Assembly: GCA_963764625.1 (NCBI GenBank)
Contig: CAVXTH010000008.1
Span: 96,001 to 160,000, forward strand
Direction: 5' to 3'
Source: Candidatus Krumholzibacteriota bacterium
GTDB taxonomy: Bacteria > Krumholzibacteriota > Krumholzibacteriia > JAJRXK01
DNA: 64,000 nucleotides
Part shown: positions 1 to 11,988 of the stretch, piece after piece
Numbering within the stretch: position 1 is the first letter of the stretch
Layout: each line of letters begins with the position of its first letter
Program-made: the position numbers and the translations under genes
The notes under the pieces: generated by a model
Seen by the model: the letters and a program-made list of their open reading frames with translations, nothing else
Told to the model about the DNA's origin: nothing
Databases searched by the model: none

Positions 1-664
1 TGGACTCCCAGATGTAGGCCGGGCCTTCCGCCTCGCCGGCGTGCGCGGTGAGACCCAGGCCGGCTTGTCCGGCGATCTCGTACGCTTTGTGGAAAAGGTG
101 CGGTGCGTTGCCTTTTTCCGCACCGGCGATGTCGAAACCGATCACGCCGCAGCGATCGTGCAGATGCTGGGCGTCTCCGGCCGCGCCGCGGGCCAGGATT
201 TTGGCGATGTGCGGGCCGTGGTGGCGCATGGCGATGACGATGAGTCCGGTTTGAATTCCAAAGTCCTTCTCGGCGTGGTTCAGGGCCGAGAGCACCGCGC
301 GGATGGATTGGCGAATCGTGAGCCCGCCGTAGATGTGGATGATCGGCGAGTAGCGCAGCTCGAGGGTCTTTACTCCGTTCTTGGCCGCCTCGGCGCAGAT
401 GGTAGCGGTGACCTGGGTGATGTTCTCGTAGAATTGGGTGATCCACATCGGGTAGTGAAACTTGTCGAGATAGCTCAGCAGCGAGCCCTCTTCCTCGGGC
501 TGCAGGACCAGAAGCTTTCTCATCTCGCGCAGGCTGTCCACCGGGTTGAGTCCGTAGCGCTTCATGATGCGCCAGGTCACGGCCGCCGGAATCGAACCGT
601 CGACGTGTTGGTGGAGCTCGGTCTTCGCAAGCTTGCGTATGGACGCGGGGATCGTAGGGTTCAT
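1..664 (-). CDS. add: Adenosine/adenine deaminase family protein; 3' end runs off the window
   Basis: Not in the ORF track. Hand translation from ATG at 664: MNPTIPASIRKLAKTELHQHVDGSIP...TLELRYSP...GVIGFDIAGAE...LTAHAGE, matching the ELHxHxDG and HAGE metal-binding motifs of the ADA family. Confidence 0.88.
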   Translation of the reverse strand, partial: MNPTIPASIRKLAKTELHQHVDGSIPAAVTWRIMKRYGLNPVDSLREMRKLLVLQPEEEGSLLSYLDKFHYPMWITQFYENITQVTATICAEAAKNGVKTLELRYSPIIHIYGGLTIRQSIRAVLSALNHAEKDFGIQTGLIVIAMRHHGPHIAKILARGAAGDAQHLHDRCGVIGFDIAGAEKGNAPHLFHKAYEIAGQAGLGLTAHAGEAEGPAYIWES

Positions 665-862
665 GGGGTCTCCTTGGACTGCGGAAGCGTCTTCTCCGCG
701 GGGTCTCTCTCTTCGTTCTTGTTGGGCAGTAGTCTAAGCCCGTGCCGCGAGGGCGCCAATGGGGGATCGACCTCGGCACCCTTCGTGCTAGGATGGGTTT
801 GGAGGCGTTCCCGCATGCATGCATTGATGAACAGGATTCTCTCTGCAGCTCGTGGAGGGCGA

Positions 863-1897
863 ATGCTTCCCAGGATCATGGCCTTCGCCGCGCTGATTCT
901 CGGCGCCACGAGCGCCTTCAGCACCCTCAGTACACCCCGCGCCTTTGCCACGACCTGGCATGTCGAGAAGGATGGCAGCGGGGATTTCACGGTCATTCAG
1001 GATGCGCTGAACAGCTGTGCATCGGGAGATACGGTGCTCGTGGGTCCAGGGCGCTACACGGAACATGCGCCCTTCGACTTCGGGGCGCTCACCGAGGATA
1101 CCTACGTGGTGGTGGATACACCCAACCTCACGCTTCGGGGAACGGACAGGGATGCGGTGATTGTAGGGCCCGAGGTATTTACTAAGATCAACTCGCGGGA
1201 ACCGAACGGGATTGCTACGTCTCTCCAAGCTGCTAGTCCGAAGATAGAGAATCTCACGGTGGAAAATGTAGTGGATGGAGTCACCATCGAGGTTGCGGCA
1301 GATGCCACAGACTGCATTCTACGCAATTGTGAGGACGGATTCATCATTGGCTCAAGTGCGAATCACACCTTCACTCGGTGCGAGGTCTACGATAGCCCGG
1401 GCTGAAGCATGGCCTGCTACCTCCAGTTTCAGTTTGGCACGGACGGCACAATCCAGAGCAACACCTTCGAGGCCGGGAACATTAATGTTTTCGACTCCAG
1501 TGCCAATCTCATCAGCAATGATATTGGACCTAGTCCAGTCGTGAATCTCCAATTCAGTGGAATCGCACTGACTGCAACCCGAAACATCTTCCGCGGAGCT
1601 GGAGATGCTACGGTCTTCTTAAGTGGAAATTCTGTAGAAATGCATGACAACCATATTCTCAACAATGGGGGATATACGGTGCGGATCAACAACTACGACA
1701 GCCCCAACTACACCCTCCACCTGACCAACAACTGGTGGGGTACAGCAGACTCCACCCAGATCGCCGCCTGGATTCGAGACGTGCACGACGACCCCAAGTT
1801 CAACATCGAGGTGAAGTTCGTGCCCTTCGCGGATCAGCCGCTGCCGGCTCGCTCCGCCAGCTTCGGCCAACTGAAGGCGCGGTTCGGCGGGTACTAG
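863..1897 (+). pseudogene. Secreted right-handed beta-helix (pectin-lyase-fold) protein interrupted by one in-frame TGA at 1403-1405
   Basis: GGAGGG RBS before ATG 863; signal peptide; VEKDGSGDFTVIQDAL...GDTVLVGPGRY N-terminus typical of beta-helix proteins. ORF 1409..1897 is in the same frame after TGA-AGC, contains NNWWG and ends SASFGQLKARFGGY. Confidence 0.7.
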
Positions 1898-2103
1898 CTC
1901 GAGCCACGGCGTGCGCCAACTCGTTCGTACGTCCGCGCAGGTTTCTACCCGGCCATCAAAGTTTTTTGGGAAACTGATGTGGCCGGGTAGACAAATCCGC
2001 GCGCGATCGTATGCCCCCGTGTACGGAAGTACATATATGGTCTTTTGTGCCCGGGTAGACGGAGGCCCTCGCCTCATCGGCTTCGATGACAACGACTTGA
2101 AAT

Positions 2104-2760
2104 TTATAGCCGGCTATAAAATCGTCCGCGGTGATTTCTCCGCCCGGACAGACAAATCTGTCTCCGAACGAGTGTCCCTGGGTACCCTGATTTGGATTCG
2201 CCCTCCGTGCCTCGCCTCTGGTTGGCCGCCTTCAACGCGCCCCAGCTCCTGGATGCCACGCCGATCACATTGCAGGTGAAGGTGAAGTCCTCGTACCCCG
2301 TGAAGTCGAAGAGGGCAAACGCGCAGTTTGTGAGGTCCGATCCGTAGCCTGTTTCGAGCAGACTCAAGGGAAGAGGGGTGGGCAGGGGCACGCACTCCGT
2401 GGATTGCGGAGTCGTGGCACCGGAGATGTACGTGGGGCCCGCTTCAGCCCCACCGGCATAGAAGCACTCTCGGGTTCCAACGCGAACGTCACCTGGGTCC
2501 AACCCAAAATTCAGACCGCTGGAGGGATAGTAGGTGAATGACTTGAAACCCAAGCCGGTCTCGTGGGAGAGAGAAAGGTTGTATTCGTGGCCAAAGAGTT
2601 GGGTGAGCCCGGTCGCGATGACATAGAGTTCGAGCGAGGGGAGAGCGCCGTGCTCCGGGTCGGGATGGCCCCATTCCCTGAGATACGACCGATACATCAA
2701 AATAAATCGATGAATTTTGTTCGTACGCATATTTGCTGGATATCCACTACTTTTTGCCAT
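2104..2760 (-). pseudogene. Probable remnant of a secreted protein with an SWGALKA motif; no signal peptide, and the ORF reads on past the motif
   Basis: The middle of the ORF looks protein-like (ELYVIATGLTQLFGHEY...FTFTCNVIGVASRSWGALKA). The N-terminus overlaps the cus promoter region and looks non-coding. Confidence 0.4.
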
Positions 2761-2776
2761 GGTTGCTGGATATCCA
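2733..2776 (+). promoter_or_regulatory. Tandem enhancer-like sites TTGCTGGATATCCA x2 (2733-2746, 2763-2776)
   Basis: Exact 14-bp direct repeat with 30-bp period and internal palindrome TGGATATCCA, about 80-120 bp upstream of a -24/-12 element. Confidence 0.65.
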
Positions 2777-2854
2777 ACGGATTGAGCCGCGGTCCGCGGT
2801 GCGGTAAAACGTCTAACTCCTTACCACACAACAAGGTTCTGTACTTCTTGCGGA

Positions 2855-2871
2855 CTGGCGCCTCTAATGCC
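2855..2871 (+). promoter_or_regulatory. Putative sigma54 -24/-12 promoter of the cus-like operon
   Basis: CTGGCGCCTCTAATGCC has GG-N10-GC and resembles TGGCAC-N5-TTGC; it lies ~37 bp before ATG 2908. Confidence 0.6.
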
Positions 2872-2907
2872 TCAAACCCGATATTCCCTCCAACCCTGGA
2901 AGCTTCC

Positions 2908-4386
2908 ATGAACTCCGTCCCGATCCCAAGCCGCCCTCCGTGCCGCTCAGGCCCGCCGCGAGCTCTTCGCGCCGCCCTTCTCGCCCTTGCGTGGGGGGTC
3001 CTGGTCTTTCGGGTTGGGCCCGCGAGAGCGGACGAACCGGCGGAACGCCCCCAGACCTGGGAAGCTGATGCCGCGTCCGCCCCGACGGCGCAGCTGCCCG
3101 CCGACCCCCACCTGAAGGACTTCCTCCACCTGGCCGCTTTGAACAATCCCGGTCTGGCCGCGCGCTACGAGAACTGGAGGGCGCAACTGAGCCTGGTGGC
3201 CAAGGCCGGCGGCTGGCCCGACCCCGTCCTCAGCTATGGCTACTATTTGCAGTCGGTGGAGACGGCGGTCGGCCCGCAAGAGCAGCGCCTGGCTCTCACC
3301 CAGGCCATTCCCTGGTTCGGCAAACTTTCCGCCCGAAAAGACGCCGCGGCGCAGAGAGCCAAAGAAGCCCAGGCCATGCTTCGCGCGGCGCAACTCGAAC
3401 TCTTCGCCCGCGTCGCCCAGGCCTACTACGAGTACGCCTACCTCGCGTCGGCCACCGCGGTCACCGAGGAGAACCTGGAACTCATGCGCTACCAGGAGAG
3501 TGTGATGCGCTCACGCTACCAGACCGACTCCGCCTCGTATGCGAACGTCATCAAGGCGCAAGTGGAACTCGGAGTGCTCGAAGACCATCTGCTCACCCTG
3601 AACGATCGCCGCAAACCGCTTGCGTCCCGGCTCAACCAGACGCTCGGGCGCGCCGCCGACGCGCAGCTTCCCTGGCCAGTCCCGCTGGAGCAACCCATTT
3701 TCTCTTTTCCCGCGGGCGATGAATTACGGCGCGAGCTTTTGGCCAACAGTCCTCAGCTGAATGCCATTGACCATCGTCTCGACGCGATTTCTAAGAGCAT
3801 TTCGGCCGCCAAGCGCGACGGCTACCCCGACTTCACGGTGGGGGTGCAGACGATTTTGACCGGCACTTCCGAGCTGACCAGCTTTCCCGGACAGGGGAAA
3901 GACGCCTGGATCGCAACCCTGGCCGTGAAGCTCCCGCTATGGCGCGGGAAATACTCGGGGGAAGTGAACGCCCAGCGCGCGCGCCAACGACAGACCGAGC
4001 ACGAACGGAAGGACCGCGAGCTGACGCTGCTCGCGCAGGTCGATGAAACCCTATTCCAGCTACACGACGCCGAGCGCAAGATCGATCTCTACGGGAAGAG
4101 CCTGGTGCCCAAAGCCAAGCAGGCGTTGGAGGCCAGCACCACCGGATTCCAAACCGGCAAGCTCAGCTACCTCGATTACATCGACGCCCAACGAACTCTG
4201 CTGCAGTTCGAGCTGGAGCACGCGCGCGCCGAGGCGGACCGCGGAGAACGGGTGGTTCAGCTCGCCGCGCTCATCGGAACCTCCCTCGACGAAAGCGGGC
4301 CAGCAACGGCAAGCGAATCGCAGCCGAACGGCGGGAACCAGGGAGAGAGAACTCGTGATCTGGATACTGGAGGAGATTCCCAATGA
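2908..4386 (+). CDS. TolC/CusC-family outer-membrane efflux protein
   Basis: Signal-like N-terminus, OEP repeats (PDPVLSYG; LPLWRGK; DYIDAQR), first gene of an RND operon. Confidence 0.9.
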   Translation: MNSVPIPSRPPCRSGPPRALRAALLALAWGVLVFRVGPARADEPAERPQTWEADAASAPTAQLPADPHLKDFLHLAALNNPGLAARYENWRAQLSLVAKAGGWPDPVLSYGYYLQSVETAVGPQEQRLALTQAIPWFGKLSARKDAAAQRAKEAQAMLRAAQLELFARVAQAYYEYAYLASATAVTEENLELMRYQESVMRSRYQTDSASYANVIKAQVELGVLEDHLLTLNDRRKPLASRLNQTLGRAADAQLPWPVPLEQPIFSFPAGDELRRELLANSPQLNAIDHRLDAISKSISAAKRDGYPDFTVGVQTILTGTSELTSFPGQGKDAWIATLAVKLPLWRGKYSGEVNAQRARQRQTEHERKDRELTLLAQVDETLFQLHDAERKIDLYGKSLVPKAKQALEASTTGFQTGKLSYLDYIDAQRTLLQFELEHARAEADRGERVVQLAALIGTSLDESGPATASESQPNGGNQGERTRDLDTGGDSQ

Positions 4387-5927
4387 CGCGCCGCACTGAC
4401 GTCTTGATCGTCCTCGGACTGGCGATTTTGGTGGCGGGCTTTCTGACCGGCCAACTCTTCAACGACCATGGCGCCAGCGATAGGTCAGCAGCCCAGGAGC
4501 ACGCAGCCCAAGAGAACTCGGCCGACGATGCTTCCGTCCAAGGGGCTAGCTCTCAAGTGACCTTGTGGACCTGCTCCATGCATCCGCAAATCAAACTGCC
4601 GCATCCAGGCAAGTGTCCGATTTGCGGGATGGACCTCATTCCCCTGAAAACCGAGTCAAGTGAATCCGGTGCGTCGCATCAGACGAATGCGGGAGCGAAC
4701 TCTGCGACTCTGACTCTCTCCAAGGATGCGGTCGCCCTGGCCGAAATCGAAACCGCCCCTGTCGCCCGCGGTAATGCGGGAAAAAGCGTTCGCCTGGTGG
4801 GCAAGATCGACTTCGACGAGACCAAGTTGAAGACCATCTCGGCCTGGGTGCCCGGCCGCCTTGATCGACTCTACGTCGACTACACCGGCATCCGCGTGCA
4901 CAAGGGTGATCACATGGTCTCGATCTACAGCCCCGAGCTGGTGAGCACCCAGGAGGAACTCATCCAGGCCTTCACGCACAGAACGCAACTGCAGGGCAGC
5001 TCGGTCGGACTCTTGAAGAGTACCGCCAAGGAAACGGTGAGCGCGGCGCGCGAGAAGCTGCGGCTCTACGGCCTCACGGAAAAGCAGATCGCGGAAATCG
5101 AACAAAGGGGACATGCCGAGGACCACGTGACTATCTACGCTCCCTCGGACGGGGTGGTGGTGAAGAAGAGCGCGATGCAGGGCGACTACGTGAAGACCGG
5201 TCAGATCATTTATGAGATCGCCGATCTCAGCCAACTCTGGGTCAAACTGGACGCCTACGAGAGCGATCTGGTGTGGATTCGCTACGGTCAAGACGTCGAG
5301 TTCACCGCCGAGGCATATCCGGGGAGGAAATTCAAAGGGCGCATTTCCTTCATCGCGCCTGTACTCGACCCCAAGACCCGCACCGCCAAGGTGCGGGTGA
5401 ACGTCAAGAACGAGGATGCGCTGCTCAAGCCGGGCGTCTTTGTGCACGCGGTCGTACGCAGCACCATCGCCGCGCAGGGCCGCGTGATGGACGCGCAACT
5501 CGCGGGCAAGTGGATCTGCCCCATGCATCCCGACGTGGTGAAAGACAAGCCGGGCACCTGCGACATCTGCGGCATGACTCTGGTGACCGCGAAGAGCCTC
5601 GGGTACGCCGTGGCAGCCAAAGACGAGGAACCCCCTCTCCTCATTCCCGCATCAGCCCCCCTCATCACCGGCAAGCGCGCGGTGGTGTACGTTCGGATTC
5701 CCGGAGACGAGCCGCGCTTCGAAGGACGCGAAGTGGTGCTGGGCCCGCGCGCCGGGGACCAATATATCGTCAACCAAGGGCTGCGCGAAGGAGAGCTCGT
5801 CGTGGTGAACGGCGCGTTCAAGATCGACAGCGCCATGCAGATTCAGGCCAAACCCTCGATGATGTCGCCTTCCGGTGAAGGCGCTGCCCCCATGTCCATG
5901 CCCATGCCGAAGGACGGTGGCCAGTGA
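4383..5927 (+). CDS. cusB: CusB-like RND periplasmic adaptor with two heavy-metal-binding domains
   Basis: Two C-x-MHP...C-x-ICGM motifs, membrane-fusion-protein core, ATGA overlap with the upstream gene. Confidence 0.9.
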   Translation: MTRRTDVLIVLGLAILVAGFLTGQLFNDHGASDRSAAQEHAAQENSADDASVQGASSQVTLWTCSMHPQIKLPHPGKCPICGMDLIPLKTESSESGASHQTNAGANSATLTLSKDAVALAEIETAPVARGNAGKSVRLVGKIDFDETKLKTISAWVPGRLDRLYVDYTGIRVHKGDHMVSIYSPELVSTQEELIQAFTHRTQLQGSSVGLLKSTAKETVSAAREKLRLYGLTEKQIAEIEQRGHAEDHVTIYAPSDGVVVKKSAMQGDYVKTGQIIYEIADLSQLWVKLDAYESDLVWIRYGQDVEFTAEAYPGRKFKGRISFIAPVLDPKTRTAKVRVNVKNEDALLKPGVFVHAVVRSTIAAQGRVMDAQLAGKWICPMHPDVVKDKPGTCDICGMTLVTAKSLGYAVAAKDEEPPLLIPASAPLITGKRAVVYVRIPGDEPRFEGREVVLGPRAGDQYIVNQGLREGELVVVNGAFKIDSAMQIQAKPSMMSPSGEGAAPMSMPMPKDGGQ

Positions 5928-8900
5928 ACCTGACCGATCGCGTCATCCGTTTTTGCATGGACAACAAGCTGGTGGTCGTGCTCGCCCTCCTCGCGGTCAT
6001 CGCCTGGGGGGTCATGGTAGCTCCCTTCCCCTGGAACACACACGGCTTGCCCCGCGATCCAGTACCCGTCGACGCCATTCCGGACATCGGCGAGAACCAA
6101 CAAATCGTGTTCACCGCCTGGCCGGGACGCAGCCCGCAGGACGTCGAGGATCAAATCGGCTATCCCCTCACCGTTTCGCTTCTGGGCATCCCGGGAGTGA
6201 AGACGGTTCGCAGCTACTCCATGTTTGGCTTTTCGACCATCTACGTGATCTTCAAGGAAAACGTCGAGTTCTACTGGTCGCGTTCCCGCCTGCTGGAAAA
6301 GCTCAGCAGTCTTCCCGCGGGAACTCTGCCCCAGGGAGTGCAGCCCGCCCTGGGACCGGACGCGACGGCTCTGGGACAGGTCTACTGGTACACCCTGGAG
6401 GGACGTGACCCGCAGGGGAACCCGGCCGGCGGTTGGAATCTCGACGAGTTGCGTTCGATTCAGGATTGGTACGTACGCTACGCCCTGCAGGGGGTGGACG
6501 GAGTTTCGGAGGTCGCTTCGGTAGGCGGTTTCGTAAAGGAGTACCAGATCGACGTCGACCCCGACGCCATGCGCGCCTACGGAGTCACTCTCGACCAGGT
6601 GTTTCAGTCGGTGCGCATGTCGAACGTGGACGTGGGGGCGCGCACCATCGAAGTGAACAAGGTGGAGTACGTCATCCGCGGAATCGGCTTCATCAAGAAC
6701 TTGGGAGACATCGAGAAATCCGTCGTCACCGAAGTGAACAACACTCCGGTCACCATCAAGGACATCGCCACCGTGAGTTTGGGGCCGGCGTTGCGGCGCG
6801 GCGCACTGGACAAGGGCGGCGCGGAAGCGGTGGGCGGGGTGGTCGTGGTCCGCTACGGCGAAAATCCCCTGGCCACCATCGATCGCCTCAAGAAGAAGAT
6901 CGCGGAGATCTCCCCCGGACTTCCCTCCAAGACTCTCCCGGACGGCACCGTCTCGAAGGTTACGATCGTTCCCTTCTACGACCGCACCGGGCTTATCCAC
7001 GAAACCCTCGGCACGCTCGAAGAGGCGCTGATCCTGGAAATCCTCGTCACCATCATGGTGATCATCTTCATGGTGAGGCACCTGAGGACGAGCCTGTTGG
7101 TCTCGGGCCTCTTGCCGGTGGCGGTGCTCATGGCCTTCATCGCCATGAAGCTCTTCCACGTCGATGCCAACGTGGTGGCGCTGTCGGGCATCGCGATCGC
7201 GATCGGCACCATGGTGGACATGGGCGTGATTCTGAGCGAGAACATGCTACGGCATCTGGCCGAAGCACACGCCGACGAAAACAAAAAGGAAATCATCTTC
7301 GGCGCCGCGAGCGAAGTGGGAGGAGCGGTGGTAACCGCGGTCGCCACCACCGTGGTGAGCTTTCTGCCCGTCTTCACCATGACCGCGGCCGAGGGCAAGC
7401 TCTTCAAGCCTCTGGCCTACACCAAGACCTTTGCGCTCATCGCCGCGCTCATTGTATCTCTGACCCTCATGCCGGCCTTCGCCCACATGCTCCTGGGCTG
7501 GCGCGTCAAGTTCCGCGGCCCCCGGAGACCGCGCGTGCCCTGGAAATTTCCCGCGCGACTTCGAGAGCGCCTGGTGGCTTCTTCGAGCTGGATCGTATTC
7601 GTGTTGGTCGGACTTCTTCTGACATCCACCTGGTTGCCCTTGGGGCCCGCGAAGGGATTCGCGCGCAATGCCATCTTCCTTTTCGCCATCATTCTCGGTC
7701 TGCTCTTTGTCTTTTCGTTCTTCATCCGCGCCTACGGACGCATCCTGCGTTGGTGTCTTGGGCACAAACTGATTTTCCTCAGCCTTCCCTTAGTTCTGAT
7801 GGTGCTGGGATGGCAGGTGTGGCATGGGCTGGGCAAGGAGTTCATGCCCGATCTGGATGAAGGCAGTTTTCTCTACATGCCCACCACCATGCCGCACGCC
7901 TCGATCGGCGAATCTCTCGACGTCATCGCCAAGCTCGACATGGCGATTGATTCGATCCCCGAGGTGGAGTCGGTTGTGGGCAAGATCGGTCGCGCCGATA
8001 CTCCACTCGATCCCGCGCCCATCTCCATGGTCGAAGCGGTGGTGAACTATCTTCCCGAATATCGCGTCGATCCAAACGGACATCGCCTGCGCTTCAAGTA
8101 CCGCAAGGGCGCATTCGTGCGCGACGATGCGGGCGAGCTCATCCCCGACTCGCACGGGCGTCCCTACCGCCAGTGGCGCGACACCATTCACTCCTCCGAT
8201 GACATCTGGAAGGAGATCGTCAAGATCGCTCAGATCCCCGGCACCACCTCGGCGCCCAAGCTGCAGCCGATCGCGGCGCGCATCGTCATGCTCCAGAGCG
8301 GCATGCGCGCGCCCATGGGAATCAAGGTGAAGGGCCCCGACCTTCAGACCATCGAAGACTTCGGCCTGAAGCTCGAGAGCATCCTCAAGACGGTACCCTC
8401 GGTGCAGCCCTCGGCCGTGTTCGCCGACCGCATCGTGGGCAAACCCTATTTGGAGATCGAGATCGACCGCGACGCCATCGCCCGCTACGGTCTGCACGTC
8501 AAAGATGTCCAGAACGTGATCGAAGTCGCGATCGGGGGGAAACGTATCACCACCACGGTGGAAGGGCGCGAACGCTATCCGGTGCGCGTGCGCTACCAGC
8601 GCGAGCTGCGCGACAGCATTGAAAGCCTGGGCGGCATTCTCGTTCCCTCACCCCAGGGAGCGCAGATCCCCCTCATTCAGCTGGCGAAAATCCGTTACGT
8701 GCGCGGCCCCCAGGTAATCAAGAGCGAGGACACCTTCCTCGTGGGCTACGTGCTCTTCGACAAGAAGCCGGGCCATGCCGAAGTGGAAGTGGTGGATGAC
8801 GCGCGCAAGACAATCCAACAGAAGATCGACTCCGGTGAGCTCGTGCTTCCCAAGGGAGTGAGCTACTCCTTCGCCGGAAGCTACGAAAACCAGGTGCGTA

Positions 8901-9502
8901 GCGAGAAGCGCCTGAAAGTGGTGCTCCCCCTGGCACTCTTTCTCATCTTCCTCATCCTCTATTTCCAGTTCCGCTCGGTCTCGACCACTCTGATGGTCTT
9001 CTCGGGAATCTTCGTGGCCTGGGCCGGAGGATTCCTCATGATCGGACTCTATGGACAGTCCTGGTTTTTGAACTTCTCGGTCTTCGGAACCAATCTGCGC
9101 GACCTTTTCCAGGTGCATCCCATCAATCTAAGCGTGGCCATTTGGGTGGGCTTCATCGCGCTCTTCGGCATCGCCAGCGACAACGGAGTGGTGGTCGCGG
9201 TCTACTTGCAGCAGTCCTTCCGCCAGCACCGCCCAAAGACGGTGGCTGAAATCCGCGAGGCCACCGTGATCGCGGGGACCCGCCGCATCCGTCCCTGCCT
9301 CATGACCACTGCCACCACCGTGCTAGCGCTCTTGCCCGTTCTGAGCTCTACCGGCCGGGGAAGTGACATCATGGTTCCCATGGCCATTCCCTCCTTCGGT
9401 GGTATGGTCTTGGCGCTCATCACCCAATTCATCGTACCTGTGTTGTATTGCTGGAAAGCCGAGTTAGGGCAGAAGTTCACGCGCGCAGAGGAAGTGGCAT
9501 GA
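5924..9502 (+). CDS. cusA: CusA/CzcA-family heavy-metal RND permease
   Basis: [33 protein letters not shown] and [12 protein letters not shown] motifs; 1192 aa. Confidence 0.93.
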   Translation: MNLTDRVIRFCMDNKLVVVLALLAVIAWGVMVAPFPWNTHGLPRDPVPVDAIPDIGENQQIVFTAWPGRSPQDVEDQIGYPLTVSLLGIPGVKTVRSYSMFGFSTIYVIFKENVEFYWSRSRLLEKLSSLPAGTLPQGVQPALGPDATALGQVYWYTLEGRDPQGNPAGGWNLDELRSIQDWYVRYALQGVDGVSEVASVGGFVKEYQIDVDPDAMRAYGVTLDQVFQSVRMSNVDVGARTIEVNKVEYVIRGIGFIKNLGDIEKSVVTEVNNTPVTIKDIATVSLGPALRRGALDKGGAEAVGGVVVVRYGENPLATIDRLKKKIAEISPGLPSKTLPDGTVSKVTIVPFYDRTGLIHETLGTLEEALILEILVTIMVIIFMVRHLRTSLLVSGLLPVAVLMAFIAMKLFHVDANVVALSGIAIAIGTMVDMGVILSENMLRHLAEAHADENKKEIIFGAASEVGGAVVTAVATTVVSFLPVFTMTAAEGKLFKPLAYTKTFALIAALIVSLTLMPAFAHMLLGWRVKFRGPRRPRVPWKFPARLRERLVASSSWIVFVLVGLLLTSTWLPLGPAKGFARNAIFLFAIILGLLFVFSFFIRAYGRILRWCLGHKLIFLSLPLVLMVLGWQVWHGLGKEFMPDLDEGSFLYMPTTMPHASIGESLDVIAKLDMAIDSIPEVESVVGKIGRADTPLDPAPISMVEAVVNYLPEYRVDPNGHRLRFKYRKGAFVRDDAGELIPDSHGRPYRQWRDTIHSSDDIWKEIVKIAQIPGTTSAPKLQPIAARIVMLQSGMRAPMGIKVKGPDLQTIEDFGLKLESILKTVPSVQPSAVFADRIVGKPYLEIEIDRDAIARYGLHVKDVQNVIEVAIGGKRITTTVEGRERYPVRVRYQRELRDSIESLGGILVPSPQGAQIPLIQLAKIRYVRGPQVIKSEDTFLVGYVLFDKKPGHAEVEVVDDARKTIQQKIDSGELVLPKGVSYSFAGSYENQVRSEKRLKVVLPLALFLIFLILYFQFRSVSTTLMVFSGIFVAWAGGFLMIGLYGQSWFLNFSVFGTNLRDLFQVHPINLSVAIWVGFIALFGIASDNGVVVAVYLQQSFRQHRPKTVAEIREATVIAGTRRIRPCLMTTATTVLALLPVLSSTGRGSDIMVPMAIPSFGGMVLALITQFIVPVLYCWKAELGQKFTRAEEVA

Positions 9503-11856
9503 GCGAGCCATCCGTAGAGACGATGAAGGATCCCGTATGCGGGATGACGGTGAGCCCGAGCCCGGACAACCCCCATTCGGTGTACGAGGGACAACGCTTC
9601 GAATTCTGTTGCGGCGGTTGCAAGAAGCGTTTCGACGAGGACCCCAAGAAATACTTGCTACCGCGCGCGGCGGCAGAGCCCAACTCGGCGAAACCGGACC
9701 GGGCGCAGTCGAAGGCCGCGCCGCCCTCTTCGGCCAAGAAATACACCTGTCCCATGCACCCGGAAGTCGTGAGCAACAAGCCGGGGGCCTGTCCCAAGTG
9801 CGGGATGGCGCTGGAGCCGGTGGAGGTCAGCGAAGAGGAAGACGATTCCAGCCGCGCGGAATACGAGGACATGAGGCGGCGCTTCTGGATAGCGGCGGTT
9901 CTCAGTCTACCGGTCCTTCTGAGTGCGATGGCCGGAGGCTTTGTTTCCAACGCGTTCGGAGGGTTCCTTTCGGAGCGGGTGCGCGTCTTTCTGGAGTTCG
10001 GGTTGAGCGCTCCGGTCGTGCTCTACTGCGGCTGGCCTCTTTTAGTGCGCGCCTGGAACTCGGTCGTCCATTTCTCTTTGAACATGTTCACCCTTATCGG
10101 GTTGGGGGTGGTCGTTTCCTGGAGCTACAGCGTGGTGGCCATGAGCCTCCCCGGTCGCTTTCCCGCCTCGTTCATGAGCGAGGGCGGGACGGTTCCGGTG
10201 TACTTCGAGGCAGCCGCGGTGATCACCACTCTGGTCTTGCTCGGACAAATGCTCGAGCTGCGCGCGCGCAGCCACACCGGGGCCGCCATTCGCAGTCTCT
10301 TGGGGCTCGCCCCCAAAACGGCTCACCGGATTTTGCCCGGCGGAGATGAAGAGGAGGTGCCCCTGGACCGAATCGAGGTGGGAGATCGACTGCGCGTGCA
10401 CCCCGGGGAAAAGATTCCACTCGATGGAAGCGTCGAAGAGGGCAAGAGCTCCGTGGACGAGAGCATGGTCACGGGCGAGCCCATGCCGGTGGAAAAGGGT
10501 CCAGACGATTTCGTCATCGGGGCTACTTTGAACACCACCGGGGCCATGATCATCCGCGCGGAGAAAGTGGGCAGCGAAACCCTCCTTGCCCAGATCGTAC
10601 AGATGGTGGCCGCCGCCCAACGCAGCCGCGCCCCCATTCAGCGCGTCGCTGACCAAGTGGCTAGGTATTTCGTGCCGAGCGTCATCCTGGCCGCGATCGT
10701 GACCTTCGCCGTTTGGGCCGCGGTCGGCCCCGAACCCAGAATGGTCTATGCGCTCGTGAACGCCGTGGCAGTTCTCATCATCGCCTGCCCCTGCGCGCTG
10801 GGACTGGCCACTCCCATGTCGATCATGGTCGCAACGGGAAAGGGCGCCTCGGTGGGTGTTCTCTTCAAGAACGCCGAGGCGATCGAACATCTTCGCAAGG
10901 TCGACACTCTGGTGGTGGACAAGACGGGAACGCTCACCGAAGGCAAGCCACGTCTGGTGGAGATTCAGCCTCAGCCCCGAATCTCCGAAGAAAACCTCCT
11001 GAGGCTGGCCGCAAGCGTAGAGCAAAACAGCGAACATCCTCTGGCGCGGGCCGTGCTCGATGCCGCGCGTGAACGCCATCTCACCTTCGCGGCGGTCGAG
11101 GACTTTCAGAGCCATACTGGCCGCGGGGTGAGCGCGATGGTCGACGGCATGTATCTGGTCCTGGGCAACGAGGGGCTCCTAAAGGAACTGGGGACGAGTG
11201 ACATGCGGGCTGACGTGGGAGTCGACGAGCTGCGTGCTCGCGGGCAGACCGTCATGCTCGTGGCCATCGATCGGGCGTTCGCGGGACTGTTGGTCGTGGC
11301 CGACCCGATCAAGGAAGGCACGGCGGAGACGATTCGGGAGCTGCGGGAAAGCGGGATGCGGATCGTCATGCTGACCGGCGACAATCCGGTGACCGCACGC
11401 GCCGTGGCCTCCAAACTCGGAATCACCGATCTCGAGGCGGGGGTACTTCCCGATCGTAAAGCCGAAGTGGTGCGCGAGTTCCAGGCGAAGCGGGCGGTCG
11501 TGGCCATGGCCGGAGACGGAATCAACGACGCTCCGGCGCTGGCGCAAGCTGACGTGGGCATCGCCATGGGAACCGGCACCGACGTGGCCATGGAGAGCGC
11601 CGCCATCACTCTGGTCAAAGGCGATCTGAGCGCCATCCTGCGGGCACGCCGTCTGAGCGAGCTCACCATGAGTAACATCCGCCAGAATCTCTTCTTTGCC
11701 TTCGCCTACAACTCTCTGGGCATCCCTTTGGCGGCCGGGGTTCTCTACCCCGTTTTCGGGCTGCTTCTCAATCCCATGATCGCGGCCGCCGCCATGAGCT
11801 TCAGCTCCGTGTCTGTGATCACAAACGCTCTACGCCTTCGAGGTCAGGACCTCTGA
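9499..11856 (+). CDS. copA: Cu(I)-type P1B-1 ATPase with N-terminal YHS and CPMHP domains
   Basis: DPVCGM...FCC (YHS), CPMHP, TGE, CPC, DKTGT, SEHP, GDGIND, YN and MSFSS motifs. Confidence 0.93.
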   Translation: MSEPSVETMKDPVCGMTVSPSPDNPHSVYEGQRFEFCCGGCKKRFDEDPKKYLLPRAAAEPNSAKPDRAQSKAAPPSSAKKYTCPMHPEVVSNKPGACPKCGMALEPVEVSEEEDDSSRAEYEDMRRRFWIAAVLSLPVLLSAMAGGFVSNAFGGFLSERVRVFLEFGLSAPVVLYCGWPLLVRAWNSVVHFSLNMFTLIGLGVVVSWSYSVVAMSLPGRFPASFMSEGGTVPVYFEAAAVITTLVLLGQMLELRARSHTGAAIRSLLGLAPKTAHRILPGGDEEEVPLDRIEVGDRLRVHPGEKIPLDGSVEEGKSSVDESMVTGEPMPVEKGPDDFVIGATLNTTGAMIIRAEKVGSETLLAQIVQMVAAAQRSRAPIQRVADQVARYFVPSVILAAIVTFAVWAAVGPEPRMVYALVNAVAVLIIACPCALGLATPMSIMVATGKGASVGVLFKNAEAIEHLRKVDTLVVDKTGTLTEGKPRLVEIQPQPRISEENLLRLAASVEQNSEHPLARAVLDAARERHLTFAAVEDFQSHTGRGVSAMVDGMYLVLGNEGLLKELGTSDMRADVGVDELRARGQTVMLVAIDRAFAGLLVVADPIKEGTAETIRELRESGMRIVMLTGDNPVTARAVASKLGITDLEAGVLPDRKAEVVREFQAKRAVVAMAGDGINDAPALAQADVGIAMGTGTDVAMESAAITLVKGDLSAILRARRLSELTMSNIRQNLFFAFAYNSLGIPLAAGVLYPVFGLLLNPMIAAAAMSFSSVSVITNALRLRGQDL

Positions 11857-11897
11857 TCGTTTTCCCGGATGAATTTCGCCCTGGCCGAAATTAATCT

Positions 11898-11926
11898 GTA
11901 ACTCTGGGGCCGCACCGGCTTCTCAT
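11898..11926 (+). promoter_or_regulatory. Putative ECF sigma promoter (autoregulatory)
   Basis: GTAAC-N19-CTCAT, the same layout as at 14754-14782; the AAC -35 core is typical of ECF promoters. Confidence 0.55.
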
Positions 11927-11988
11927 TGTCAAAGCCCGCTCGCCGGGCTCACAGGACAAGCGGCATGGTGGTCATGGCGGAGGCGGTA

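Noticed and set aside
813-823. GCATGCATGCA palindrome in the add/beta-helix intergenic region
   Set aside because: A short single occurrence with no supporting context.
41-862. N-terminal 274 aa of ORF 41..1405
   Set aside because: It is the antisense shadow of the adenosine deaminase gene; the RBS and signal peptide put the real start at 863.
1403-1460. Selenocysteine or genetic-code reassignment at the in-frame TGA
   Set aside because: No clear SECIS stem, no redox motif, and TGA terminates many genes in the window.
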